A stretch of 63,806 bases of DNA, counting the filler, from Pelomyxa schiedti (lineage: Eukaryota > Protista > Evosea), in the NCBI GenBank assembly GCA_020536535.1. It is 15 parts of 15 records of this genome, joined end to end, with 100 filler letters (N's around TTAATTAATTAA, not from the genome) between each part and the next. Parts side by side here need not be neighbours in the genome. Positions count along the whole stretch, not along the records: positions 46,916 to 50,334 come from JAHLWZ010000707.1; positions 50,435 to 51,794 come from JAHLWZ010002573.1; positions 51,895 to 53,263 come from JAHLWZ010002564.1; positions 53,364 to 54,911 come from JAHLWZ010002429.1; positions 55,012 to 58,608 come from JAHLWZ010001727.1; positions 58,709 to 60,929 come from JAHLWZ010002065.1; 9 more parts are not named here. One strand, written 5' to 3'. A program made the position numbers and the translations under genes. Shown here in pieces: positions 48,196 to 60,051 of the stretch; position 1 is the first letter of the stretch; the number at the start of each line of letters is the position of its first letter. The notes beneath the pieces were generated by a model, which was not told where the DNA came from, made no database searches, and saw nothing but the letters and a program-made list of their open reading frames with translations.

Positions 48196-50334
48196 TCAAG
48201 GTATCTCTGTTTTAGTTTTGATTGGTGCACGGCAGTGAGGGCACTTCCTCACAGTTGCTGCACACTGCACAGGTTTTTTTGTTTTGTGTGTGTGTGTGTT
48301 GTCAGAACCCACCAAAGAATCAAAGAAAGAAAGCACCATACCTGAGTGCACAGCACCACGTGACCACAAGGCTGGAACTGCACGTTTGGTGGCCTCTCAT
48401 CACACTCAATGCACATCATCACCACGTTACCTCCTGTTGGGCTGCTGCTATTGACACCGCTAATAATCCCTGTTTGTGGTTGTTGCTGGGGGGCATGTTG
48501 AGTGTAACGACCTGCTGTTGGAACGACAGAGGCAGTGCACCCTGGCTGTGTCGGCATTGTTGTTGTTGTTGTTGTTGTTGTTGAATTCATGCTGCCTGCA
48601 GTGCTCTTGGAAACCATCACATCCATGACCGACTGAAGTGAACGAGGGAGCAAGTCAGAGAGCTGAGACCACACATCAGGGTGTGACATGAACTGCTCGT
48701 CACCCTCGAGTCCACGCATGAGCATGTACTTGCGATTGTGTGCCTCGTTGAGCCCCTGGCACGTTGAAAGGAGATCCTCGATTTCCTTGTGGAGCCTCTG
48801 ACCAAGTGCTGCCTGGGAGGTGCACTCCTTGTGTAACACTGTGTGTTGGTCAATGACCGCGTGGCACTTGTCAAAGTCGTTGTATCCCCCCCCTTGAGTC
48901 GACAACACTGTGTCAGTTGTGATCTCTCTCAACAGCAAACTGAAAGGGACACAGGTGGAGGAAGACGAGGGCGGTGGAGGTTCCAGAGAGTTCAGCAACC
49001 ATGGTTTGAGAGACATCAAGTTGTTGATGTCTGTATGGGTGTATAAGTTGAAGACTGGGATACATAAACACATGGCTGGGATTTACCTTTGGTTGGAACT
49101 TCTCGTGTTCCTCGTTCTTTTTCTTCATTTCTCCCTGATGATGGCAGTGTATTGATTCCCAGAAGCTTCTTCATCAATGACGAGAGGTTCCTGGAGCACT
49201 GCTGTATCTCTGACTCGCTGCTCTCCACTGTCAGTGTTTGCCCAAGAACTTGTTTGCACCTTGTGTCTGACTGTTCAAGTACTTTTTCAAGTTCCTTCCT
49301 CAGAGTTGACAGGTCCTTCAAGTGAACCTCAAGTGATAGGTTCCTTTCTGTGGCACTTTCAAGGAACTGCTTCAGCATTGAAACTGAATGCTCAAGTGAG
49401 ACCAACAGAGGTGCTGCTTTTTTCAACTGTGATCGTAACTTGGTTGCCACCTTGAATGCCGTGGACAACTCACAAAGTGCCTCTGACCGCATTTGTTGTT
49501 GCTNNNNNNNNNNNNNNNNNNNNNNNNNNNNNNNNNNNNNNNNNNNNNNNNNNNNNNNNNNNNNNNNNNNNNNNNNNNNNNNNNNNNNNNNNNNNNNNNN
49601 NNNACTGAATGCTCAAGTGAGACCAACAGAGGTGCTGCTTTTTTCAACTGTGATCGTAACTTGGTTGCCACCTTGAATGCCGTGGACAACTCACAAAGTG
49701 CCTCTGACCGCATTTGTTGTTGCTGGTTTGTTTCATTCACAGCAAGCACTCCATCACCTTCCTCTTCATTTTGCTTGAGTGAAACAAGAGGTTAACTATA
49801 AATGTTATCTTAAAGAACATGCCTTTATCTTATTTTCTGCAAGGTTCAGCAGGTTCTGCAGTTGTGTTCTTTCAGTGTTCCATTGATTTCTTTCCATTTC
49901 CCTCTCTCTGTTGTGTTCCTCCTTCAGTTTCTGGGTTTTTTCTTTTAGTTGCTGTTTATTGTGTGGGAGGAACAAAAAATACTTTGATACGTTGGCTATC
50001 AACCAACTGTGGCAGTGACGATCCCAACACATGCAAAGCAACTCCATCAGCTCCATGGAATGTGTTTCCTTTCAGATTCCCCTTCCACTGGTTGCTTTCA
50101 CCCCCATCGCTGGAGGACAGTGACGATGAGAGTGACATGACACCCTCACCACGGAATTTCCTTGTTTCTCCACCTTGTTTTTGTTCTGCAACATCTTCTT
50201 CTGTGAATGTGCCAGTGAACGTGTCACCGTTTGGCCACTCCATTGTTCCCTTCACGGGGACACCCCTTTCCCACACACCAGTGAATGATGACCCATCCCT
50301 GGCCCACCTCTTCGTCCCGTTACCGTGCTCCATG
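48196..50334 (-). CDS. MORN-repeat / coiled-coil / C3HC4 RING protein (copy 3, 5' truncated)
   Basis: GNGTKRWARDGSSFTGVWERG (last MORN units), same coiled-coil blocks (LMRGLEGDEQF), CIECDERPPNVQFQPCGHVVLCTQ|CAATVRKCPHCR. Confidence 0.85.
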
Positions 50335-50434
50335 NNNNNNNNNNNNNNNNNNNNNNNNNNNNNNNNNNNNNNNNNNNNTTAATTAATTAANNNNNNNNNN
50401 NNNNNNNNNNNNNNNNNNNNNNNNNNNNNNNNNN

Positions 50435-50988
50435 CACCATCCCCAGGAGGCCTTTTCCCCTCGGCTCCCTCCCCCTCTCCCTCTCCCTCTCCTCCTGCTC
50501 CCTCGCCCTCTCCCTCCCGATTCTGGGCCTTCTCCCCGCCGCCGGGCGCGGCCCCTTCTCGCTCCCCCTCTGCCGCTGCCGCGCGCTGCCTGCGCTGCCT
50601 CGTGGCGGCGGCTCGGCGCGGGGCCGCAGTCAGCTTGGATACCAGCCACCTCCAGTCCACCGTCGTGGCCCGGCCGCGCTCGGCGGGCGACATCCCGCGC
50701 CACGCGGACTCGGCGGCCTGGTACCTGTCGTCGGGCACCCCGAACCGCGACGCCGACACCTGTTGCTGCTGCTGCTGCTGCGGTGCCGCGGTTGTGTGGC
50801 TCCCACTCTCGTTCTCAGCTACGGCCGCATTGTGGGAGGCTGGCGTAGGTGTGCAGCAAAATGCCGTGTTTGATGGGTACGTTGGTGTTGGTGCCGGCGC
50901 CCCATCCTGGGGTGGTGTAGTCTGGGCACACATTGATTTCGGGTTGATGGATGAACGTGACAAACCAATCATTGATTGCGCCCGCTGA
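50435..50988 (-). CDS. Hypothetical low-complexity protein, cut by scaffold end
   Basis: Open GC-rich ORF. No recognised domain. Confidence 0.35.
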
Positions 50989-51137
50989 TTCGAACAAAAA
51001 AACAAAAAAGATGAGCGACGATACGGCACTGACCGCTGGAGGATCGGATGATGGTATTGAAGCCTAAGGCGATCTGTTACTCCTTGCACACTGCGCCACT
51101 AACCCGCACCAAAAAGAAAAACAACAGACCGTAACTG

Positions 51138-51778
51138 AGCCCGAGCCAGTTCGCACTTTGATGGTATGAACCATGTGTACTTTTTTATTTTTTTGATCTA
51201 ACACACAATGAACACAAAAGTTGGGGCTGGATGGAGCCGGAAAAACGTCTCTTCTTTACAGGCATCTTCGCGGTGCAGTGGCGACCACAATCCCCACAAT
51301 GGGATTCAATGCTGAGGGTCTCGAGATCAAAAACCGCAAGTTTATGATTTGGGATGTTGGTGGAAATGAGAGGGTCAGAGTTCTATGGCGCCACGTATGT
51401 GTCAACCCACAACAATTTAATTTACAACAACTCACACTACATTTATCACAACTGACTCCTCTCATTCCCACAACAACAATTCAGTATTTTGCCAACACTG
51501 AAGTGATCCTCTGGGTTGTTGATGCACATGACCGCGGGAAAATCGCTGCCTCCTGTGCTGAACTTCAAAAAGCCCTCAGTGATAGTGAGCTCCGCAACGC
51601 ACTCGTGTTGATACTTGCAAACAAAAATGACTTGCCAGACAGCATGAGCAAGAGCGAACTTGCAGACATGCTGGAGATGAGCAACGTGAGGAACAAGTGG
51701 ATGATTCAGCCCACCTCTGCAATCACAGGAATGGGTTTTTCTGAGGGTCTGGACTGGGTTTGCTCCAATTTGCCCTGA
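51138..51778 (+). CDS. Arf/Arl-family small GTPase, divergent
   Basis: VRTLM|LGLDGAGKT, TTIPTMGFN, IWDVGGN, LWRH|YF, LILANKNDL, PTSAITG. Introns 51164-51220 and ~51396-51484. Start not resolved. Confidence 0.88.
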
Positions 51779-52066
51779 AACACACACAACACAANNNNNN
51801 NNNNNNNNNNNNNNNNNNNNNNNNNNNNNNNNNNNNNNTTAATTAATTAANNNNNNNNNNNNNNNNNNNNNNNNNNNNNNNNNNNNNNNNNNNNAAGTAC
51901 CTGAAACCAATGTCAGGCACCAGGCTTTGCAGATGGATGCTGGGACCAGCGGCAAATCCCAGGAAGCCCACCTGGAAACGCAAGACACTTGGAGCCATGG
52001 GTTCGAACACTGTTGCACACATAATATGCAATTTTACCTAGAAATGATTGGAAGTTTACCTTGGGT

Positions 52067-53263
52067 TTAAGTTATTGATGTTTGTTTTGAGTTGGAAGAA
52101 CAAGAAAGTTCAGGAGGCAAGAAGAAAGAGAAGGGTGTTGTGAGGCAATCCAAAGTCATACCAGGGAAATTGATTGTGAGGACACTGTGTCCTGATGTTG
52201 AATCAATTACATCAAACCGGCTGGTGATCAGGCAGAAAAGGAATCCATACTCTGCTGTCAGTTCGAATGTGTTGCTGTCATTGGCATGTGCCTGGAGGGA
52301 TTTGATCCTTGGAGGAAGCTGCAGTGGCTGTGCCACATTGTCACAGTGGAAGAGATTGAATGATCTTTCCCGCTTCTTGGAACAGAATGACACACAGAAC
52401 ACTGAATCAGACACACGAGACAGACTTTCCAGCGTTTCACTGTAGGCCTGGAGACGCCTGGAGGTACCTGTTGATTCCTCAACATGGAAGACTCCATGGT
52501 CTGCACCACACCATGTCCACTGCATAGTATTAAAGATGAAGGTGCGTGAACCATAACCAGGAGAACAACGATCCCAGTTCCTCATCACAAAAAGTCCAAG
52601 CAGCTTGTGGCCAGTTGGGAGTTCAAACCTCGTTGTGCTCAACACAACCAGGCGCCTTCTGTTGTATGTCTGCTCAATGTCAACAGCCAAAATCGTGGCT
52701 CTGTTCTGAACATTGTGAACCACAATTACTTCGCTTTCCACTGAGTGATCAGGGTAAATGCAGGCAGAACTTCCAAACGGCATGGCCACAACAACAGCTC
52801 CTCTGAATGCTTCCATTCCACCAGGCAAGCTACCACTTGACTTTACTACATACAGCAGGGTGGCAGTTCCCTTCCCTTTGCTGTACCTGATCATTGCTGC
52901 CCAATGTGAGTTGATTACAACCCTCTCACTTTGTTGAAACAGCTGTGTGATGCAGTAAGTGAATGGATTCCTGATTGCGAGTGAACCGCCATCCATCTGG
53001 ACGACGTGGATGCCGTCGGCCAGGGCCCCACTTATTATTGTGGGAGGCGCTAGATCTGGACCACAGGCGAGGCTCAGGAGCAGCGGCGAGACGGCAAACC
53101 ACAGCGTCGTGGACTTGGTGGTGGCGCCGTTGGAGGAGCCAGAAACCTGGAGGACGAATTGCCTGATTGTGGGACGGACCCAGTCGGACCACAGCACCCC
53201 GACAAGCGCGGTGGCGGGGCCGCGTCCCATAACTCGCTGCAGCGCGCTGCCGGCCCCACACCT
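52067..53263 (-). CDS. HPRCG-motif family protein with beta-rich C-terminal region
   Basis: RCGAGSAL...VGVLWSDWV followed by ~350 aa of intronless ORF. 5' end cut by linker. Confidence 0.55.
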   Translation of the reverse strand, partial: RCGAGSALQRVMGRGPATALVGVLWSDWVRPTIRQFVLQVSGSSNGATTKSTTLWFAVSPLLLSLACGPDLAPPTIISGALADGIHVVQMDGGSLAIRNPFTYCITQLFQQSERVVINSHWAAMIRYSKGKGTATLLYVVKSSGSLPGGMEAFRGAVVVAMPFGSSACIYPDHSVESEVIVVHNVQNRATILAVDIEQTYNRRRLVVLSTTRFELPTGHKLLGLFVMRNWDRCSPGYGSRTFIFNTMQWTWCGADHGVFHVEESTGTSRRLQAYSETLESLSRVSDSVFCVSFCSKKRERSFNLFHCDNVAQPLQLPPRIKSLQAHANDSNTFELTAEYGFLFCLITSRFDVIDSTSGHSVLTINFPGMTLDCLTTPFSFFLPPELSCSSNSKQTSIT

Positions 53264-53363
53264 NNNNNNNNNNNNNNNNNNNNNNNNNNNNNNNNNNNNN
53301 NNNNNNNTTAATTAATTAANNNNNNNNNNNNNNNNNNNNNNNNNNNNNNNNNNNNNNNNNNNN

Positions 53364-53735
53364 CACGAAATTGTCACTGCCGCCGCCGCCCAGGCACTCC
53401 TCGATCGACCCCTGGGAACTGCGATCGTCGAACAGGTGGAACTTCCACATGCCCAGGCACCGGCACGACACGACGCCGAGGGTCGCACTCAGGCCCAGGA
53501 ACACGTGGACTGAGGTGGTTGTTGAGTTCCGCTCGGGGATCTTGACCGAGGCTCCGATCCACCTGGAGCAACCGACGACCCAGTCGCGGCCGAACTGCTC
53601 GCGCAGCGCGCGATTGTGGGACAGCAGCCTCGCTGGGCTCCCTCTCCCGCACCTGTCCAGCCATGAGCACGCAAAACCACCAACAAACTGCGATCGCGCC
53701 TCGATCACTGGCCGAGTCGTCGCTGTTAGTTTCAT
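53364..53735 (-). CDS. HPRCG-motif family protein, N-terminal fragment
   Basis: ARSQFVGGFACSWLDRCGRGSPARLL...FGRDWV. Confidence 0.5.
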
Positions 53736-54791
53736 TTCGTATTTTCATTTTGTCCGGTCGACTATGTCTACGACTGTCTGGGACTTGGCCTTGTTAACAA
53801 GGCTCCGCATACTTTGCAGTCTCTGTGAAAAACTGTGACTGAGGACGAGCCCAAATCTGGATTGTTCCTATCTGCCACAACAGATCGTCGCAGTGCCGCC
53901 GTTGCCTGTCGCGCGTAGTCTGGGAGCGCGTCGTCGAGCCCATGGTCGCTAAGCTGTCGTATTATAATAACGGCGGTATTGCCACTCTCAATCCAAAACA
54001 TTGTTTTAATGATATGATGTGTTATAATACTTGTTAATTGTTCACATCAATACACAAGTGGGCTTGCACTCTCCCTTTTTAAGGAAGAAAATAAGACAAG
54101 GAAAATTGCTTTTATTGTACGTAATCTCCTATTATAGCCCCAAGCGGTGGAAATTAGCAATGACATGTGGCAGTGGAACTGGGGGAGCAAGGTAAGCATG
54201 ATTGAATTTCCTCACATTCACGATAACACTGTCAGTAGCATGGCAGTTCCATGTCACACGAACAATATAAGTGTATGGCACTGGTACTCCAGTCACAGTA
54301 ATAGTGAAATGTTTGAGATAATTATGGGGCTGCCCTTTGAGGAGTAAGTATTCGTTGATAAAACGAAATCAAACCATGTCTTTGTACTTCTGGAAGTGTG
54401 AACAGTGACCTTACAACTGTGCAAAGATCATGACGACATGCCCAAATAGCTGCATCATTTGTGTGAACGTTTCCTGGCCTGTGATTTGTGTTCTGCACAT
54501 GTCGGTTGCCAGGGGCGTATGGTCCTCCTGTCAGCACAAAGCATACAAGTGAGGCTGCAAATGGTGAAAAAGTTCGCCATCTCTGGTCCAGCTTGTTAGC
54601 TGGTGCTAGATGCCCATTCCGGCCACGAAGGTTGTTCAATGTTGCTAAAAAAAAAAAATAAATAAAACATTTCTTCAACACTCAAATGTACCTGCCCACG
54701 CATTAGCAAAGTGAGCTGGGGTCAAAGCACCCAGTATGTGTACAATGTTTGGAGATGACTCAGTATCAAAGGTCACATTGGCCATTCAAGT

Positions 54792-54911
54792 GTTTTGTTT
54801 TGTTTTGTTTTGTTTTGTTTTGTTTTGTTTTGTTTTGTTTTGTTTTGTTTTGTTTTGTTTTGTTTTGTTTTGTTTTGTTTTGTTTTGTTTTGTTTTGTTT
54901 TGTTTTGTTTT
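54792..54911 (+). repeat. (GTTTT)n microsatellite, at least 24 units
   Basis: Perfect pentanucleotide run up to the scaffold end. Confidence 0.95.
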
Positions 54912-55079
54912 NNNNNNNNNNNNNNNNNNNNNNNNNNNNNNNNNNNNNNNNNNNNTTAATTAATTAANNNNNNNNNNNNNNNNNNNNNNNNNNNNNNNNN
55001 NNNNNNNNNNNAACCACATCACTCACTGCGCGGTGTGACCACACAACAGCAAGAACCACATCGATTTTTTTTTGGATAA

Positions 55080-55530
55080 AAATCGATTTTTTGATGGGTC
55101 TTGTTCTCGGTCTGGTGTTGGTTCCCACTGTTTGCAGTGGTGTCATTGTACGCCCCATAACAATGGGTACATATTCCCGTTGTCGGTGTGTTGTTCGGTT
55201 GCTGTGGGAGGGAGAACCAGCCTCTTCCCAAATTCGGCTCAGTTCACCTTCACAGAAAACAAATCTACTCTTGATTGGCTTCGTTCTCCCTCTGGTGTTC
55301 GTTCCCATTGTTGCCAGTAGTACGGCTCTGTACCCCATGACAAGAGGTACATAGTCCCGGTGTTTTTGCGGTGTTTGGTTGATATTGTATGGAGAACCAG
55401 CCTTAGAAATGTTCCTGCAATTCACTGATCTGCCTGTTGATCTCTCCATTCTGGTTCCAACTGTTGCTTATTGTGCGGTTCTGTACCCATAACAAGGGGG
55501 ACATAGCACCGTTGTTGTTGCGGTGTTTGG
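55080..55530. repeat. Three diverged ~150-180-bp tandem units
   Basis: GTTCCCA..TGT...CCATAACAA..GGTACATA.TCCCG...GGAGAACCAGCC recurs at ~55121, 55301 and 55454. Confidence 0.65.
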
Positions 55531-55974
55531 TTGTTCAGACAGATTCAGGGAATCTCTGCTTGATGACTGAGTGCCAAGTTGGACTTGTCTGAGATAACCA
55601 ATCACACACGAATCCTTGTTTAGTATGTAGTCCACAACCCCTAAACCACACAACAGGTATTACACAACCTTGAGCTCAACCTTCAGGGACTCAGCAGTAC
55701 ACACACGGATCTGAGGTGAGGGAATTTCTGGAATAGGAAGTGTCAACTCAGGACACTCTACAGGCAGTACTAATCAGGCTTGGAGGTTGTTTCCCTGCTT
55801 CTCAACGTGGCCTCAAAACTTGGCACCTTGACATTCAAATTGCTCTCTGGGGGACTTCCTTTCTGTTCCTTAGAACGAAAAACTTGTTACAGTGGGAAGT
55901 GGCGGTTCCCACTGAAACTCACAGTGGCCACCCTGGGCAGTTAGAATCCACCAAACACAGCCTGGTTTCCTTGT

Positions 55975-57038
55975 GGCGCACCTTGAACCACAGGGTTTTG
56001 ACTGGAACACAAAGTGCGCCACTTGGGTTCCTAGTGGCGCACTTCCGGACACTGTATTTACAGCAGGATTTTCCATTCCGCGGCGCACTTTGTGTTGGAG
56101 TGGAAAAAAATTCACTCAAACTGTGTGCCTATTGCAGGGAACTGAAGGTTCTCTTGTGTGTCACCTCACAGCAACCCAAGCTTACACTGTACACACTGTG
56201 CTCAGTGAAATCAGAAATCAAGAGTATTGACAACACCCTATTTCCTCCAGAAACACCCCAACAGCAGGAAACCAGTGGGACAGGTTACCCCCTTGTACCT
56301 TACAAGGCACTACGCACACATCATTGCCAACAGTTGAGAAAGACACACAATTGAGGGTGATGGGTGGTCTGTGTTGTGTCATGCCTGCAATTTCTGCTCC
56401 CTGCTGGGAGACCGCCATGGCATAGATAGGGATGGATGGGATCTGGAATCAGTGGCATCACCCTCACCCACCACCCCCAACAAATTGTCTCCCCCCCCCC
56501 GCTCCCCCTCACCAAACACCCAACACAGAACCGAAATTGACACGGAGAGTGCGCGACAATCAGCAGAACACTCACAAGTTCACGTTTCCCGGCATCGGCA
56601 TTGAGAAAACACAAAGTGCGCCACTCGGCGCACTTTGAGACTGACGATTGACGGGACACAAAGTGCGCCAAGTGGCACCATGGCGCACTTTGTGTCACGG
56701 TGTTGGTCCAGTCAAAAAACACAAAGTGCGCCGGTCGGTCGGCGCACTTTGTGTTCGTGGTGGTAGAGTGTTGTGGTTCACCTGGAAAACGTGTTGTTCG
56801 GTTGTTTGAGCCAGTGTACAACACAAAAAACGTTGGGGGCACACGATTCCCACCATTTATTCATGATTTTTAGTAAATCCAAAAAATCACCGTCAAAGTG
56901 ACATGACACAAAGTGCGCCGCGGCGCACTTTGTGTCACGTGGTTTTTCAGAGTCGGTTCGCCAAAGTGCCCATTTGGCGCACTTTGTGTTCAATGTCCGC
57001 TCAGGCGCACTTTGAGACAATGAAACACAAAGTGCGCC
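55975..57038. repeat. Array of about 16 copies of (AC)ACAAAGTGCGCC, mostly as inverted pairs forming palindromes or hairpins
   Basis: Hairpins at 56012-56044, 56612-56637, 56655-56696, 56718-56755, 56904-56937 (34-bp perfect palindrome) and 56962-56986; single copies at 56082, 57004 and 57025. Confidence 0.93.
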
Positions 57039-57081
57039 AGCGTGAACCAGTTATGATGATCTCGAGGAGGAGGAGGGAGTT

Positions 57082-58608
57082 GTGATAAAGGAAGTGGCGG
57101 CCGTGTTGCTTGGGTTGTGTTGTGGTGGCCACGTCGAGGCGGCCCGGAAGTTGTTTGGTGGCCCACGCGAATCCCACGGCGATCCCACGCTGCCATCATT
57201 GTGGGATGGGCGCGTGGTGGCCGCCTGGGCCAGTGTAACCGATGCGCGTGCCAGCGGTAATAATAATGTGGGAGGGAGGGCCCTGAGTGACAAGGTGAGG
57301 GAGTATGTGAGGGCTGAGTGTGGCTCATACCCAGTGTTCACTGTTGTGTCCAGGGCAGGCCGCGTTGATTCCATCAGGTGGTTGGCTTCCACGCTCGAAA
57401 TTGCGAGGGAGGACGCGCCGTGGATTCTCCCAAAGTTCCCACTGTCAGTGGCCTTGCGCTATGGGAACATGGATGTCGCGGCGTGTCTCTTTGAAGAGGT
57501 TGGTTTTTCCAACCTGCCCTCAAGCACTCTTGAAATGGAGCTTTTTTGTTGTGCTGACGGCAAATCACCCTCCAAGGTAAAGTGGTGTGCTGACAAGTTC
57601 TCAGTGACTCTGCGTGAAGAAAACGTGATATATCAGCTCTTAACAAACAAGCACAGCACGGTTGAAGATTGCCTGTGGATGGAAGACTATACTCGTCACA
57701 AAAGAGGCGTGGCTCCAATCATCTTTAAAGCAATCAAGAATGTTGATATTGCCAAGTGGGTGTTGTCAATCAGCCGAGAGGACAGCCCAGATACCGTCGA
57801 CGAGCTCTTGCAAAGCGTCGGAGACGTGTCACTTGCAGAGTGGCTTGTCACAGAAAAGCACTTCGAACCAACTACACACACGTTTGAGTTGGCATGTTGC
57901 ACACCAACGAAGAAAGGATCCTCCCTTGCAAGGTGGCTTTCAAAGAGAGTGACACTCTCACAGTCTGACATCCTCACCTCCTTTACCAAGGCACTAAGTC
58001 AGGGAAACGTGGAGGTTGCGGAATGGATGGAGGAAACATTCCACGTGATGGATGTTGCCAACTCCAACCCTGAAAGTGCTGGTTCCACTATTACTTGGAT
58101 GTGCCGAGAGTATCCCTTTTTGGAGGACCGTGACTCAGGGTTGAGGTGGTTCCTTCAGCATCTCCCGCATCCAAATGGCATTTCTGCAGACTCAATTCAC
58201 ACTGCAGTATCGTGGGCCCTGGATTACGGCCGCAGAAGTTTGGTTGTGCTGCTTTTAGAGCGTTTCCCTCAGTTCTATCCACAGATGAACCTTCATACTT
58301 TTCAGAGGATCATTGGGGGCCTGAGCGACCTTGACGTGGGATCTACAAGGCACTTTATGACCGAGCAACTCTCAACAGATTCTGTGGCACGGTGGTTGAC
58401 CTCGGGTGGCTTCTACCCACCAGAATCAAGCAAAGATGTGAAGTGGATTATCAAGCAGTTCCACCTGGAGTCCAGCCACATCAGAGCCAACAACAAGCTC
58501 CTTTTCAAGCTGCTCTCCAGAAATAAGAACAGGTGCGCAGAGTGGCTCATTGACTCGTTCGGCATTCCCTTCTCTGATGTGTGTAAATTCGGCTGTTCCT
58601 TCCAACTT
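57082..58608 (+). CDS. Degenerate ankyrin-like / alpha-helical repeat protein, cut by scaffold end
   Basis: Recurrent LCCGGHVEAARKL, SRAGRVDSIRWLA, ALRYGNMDVAACL, ALSQGNVEVAEWM units in an intronless 500+ aa ORF. Confidence 0.55.
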
Positions 58609-59721
58609 NNNNNNNNNNNNNNNNNNNNNNNNNNNNNNNNNNNNNNNNNNNNTTAATTAATTAANNNNNNNNNNNNNNNNNNNNNNNNNNNNNNNNNNNN
58701 NNNNNNNNACCCCCCTTTGGTTTATTTATGCCCTGCTCCTTTGTGTTTCTGTATCTTGTGCACTTTGTTTCTTCGTCTTTAAAACGTTGAAGATTTGATG
58801 AGAGTTCATCACTTTTTTTTCTTGAGTAGTTTTGAATACAACACAAAAAAAAAACGCAACAAGTGCTTCCTTTTACTGGGGTTGTTCTCCAGTATTACTA
58901 TTAGTATTATTAACTTTGATGGTGGCGGTTGTGCCGCGTTTTACCCATGGAGAGACTTGTATTCCGGCCGATGAACTCGATGCCTGGTTTGATGAAGAAA
59001 GATAGTATTGAGACGGCAATGCTGATTCTTACATTCTGATTTCTTTGTTTTTCTTTTATCCCACAGACCAGCATGGAGTGCAGTACGGTCCAATTCCAAC
59101 TGGCTCCCTCACACTGTCAAAAAAACATAGTGAAATGACGATATGCCACTACAGCCGACATCACCATTGGCAAGATTCATTGTTGATCGTTTTGTTCAGA
59201 TGAGGAACATGTGTGTGTCTCCAGATCCATCACCTTCCCCAATCTCTTTGTCTTTTCGCATGCATTCCTCCCTTGTTTTTTTTTTTTTTTTTTTTTGATG
59301 GTAATCCAACTTACAGTTGCCACTATAACAAAAATTCAACCACAAGCAACATATGTCGACAGACTCAGAGGCACATAGATCTGTGTCAGAAGAGGAGTTG
59401 AGTGAGAGTGATGAGGAAGAACAAAGGCATGACGCACCACACACCCCCCGCACCACCATTGTCACCAACAGCCGAGACCCCACCACAGGTGGGACAACCA
59501 GGGGAATAACAAACACAATGCAGTGGGGGTTTAAATACACCTATTCCCCACAACTCTTGCTGCACACAAGATTCACCATCACCAGAAAATCGCAACTGGC
59601 CGACTTCTCTGAGCTCCCCCCAACTGCAAGTCATAAGGTCCACTTCCCCTCCATCTGTTTTGCAGGCTTGCACTTCATGGTAGGCAATATCACTTAACAG
59701 CCAATTTCTAGCGCTTTTGCC

Positions 59722-59973
59722 AGGCCACCCATGTGGAAGTTAACACCTATACCCCCACCCACATCACAGGACATTAAGTTTCCAGTGACAGTGAAGGGAT
59801 TCCACAAGCCGATTGCATTAGATGCCGTTATGTGGCCATAGACATTGCCAGATTAAGCTTTCAATAACGGCATCTAATGCAATCGGCTTGTGGAATCCCT
59901 TCACTGTCACTGGAAACTTAATGTCCTGTGATGTGGGTGGGGGTATAGGTGTTAACTTCCACATGGGTGGCCT
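59722..59973. repeat. Perfect 110-bp inverted repeat with 32-nt spacer (foldback)
   Basis: 59722-59831 is the exact reverse complement of 59864-59973. Confidence 0.93.
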
Positions 59974-60051
59974 CGCGAGCAAGGCCGAGTTTGTGTACTT
60001 TGAGTTTTGACTGTGATGAAATTTGAAATCTAAAATCTGCAACCAAGTAAA

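Noticed and set aside
49383-49724. Apparent duplication inside the third MORN-RING gene
   Set aside because: Same overlap-around-gap artefact (49383-49503 = 49604-49724).
54792-54911. Telomeric repeat
   Set aside because: (GTTTT)n at a contig break is better explained as a microsatellite that broke the assembly, and nothing else indicates a chromosome end.
55975-57038. CRISPR array or bacterial REP contamination
   Set aside because: Irregular spacing, mixed orientation, no cas or RAYT-like ORF, and the adjacent ORF fits the host gene style.
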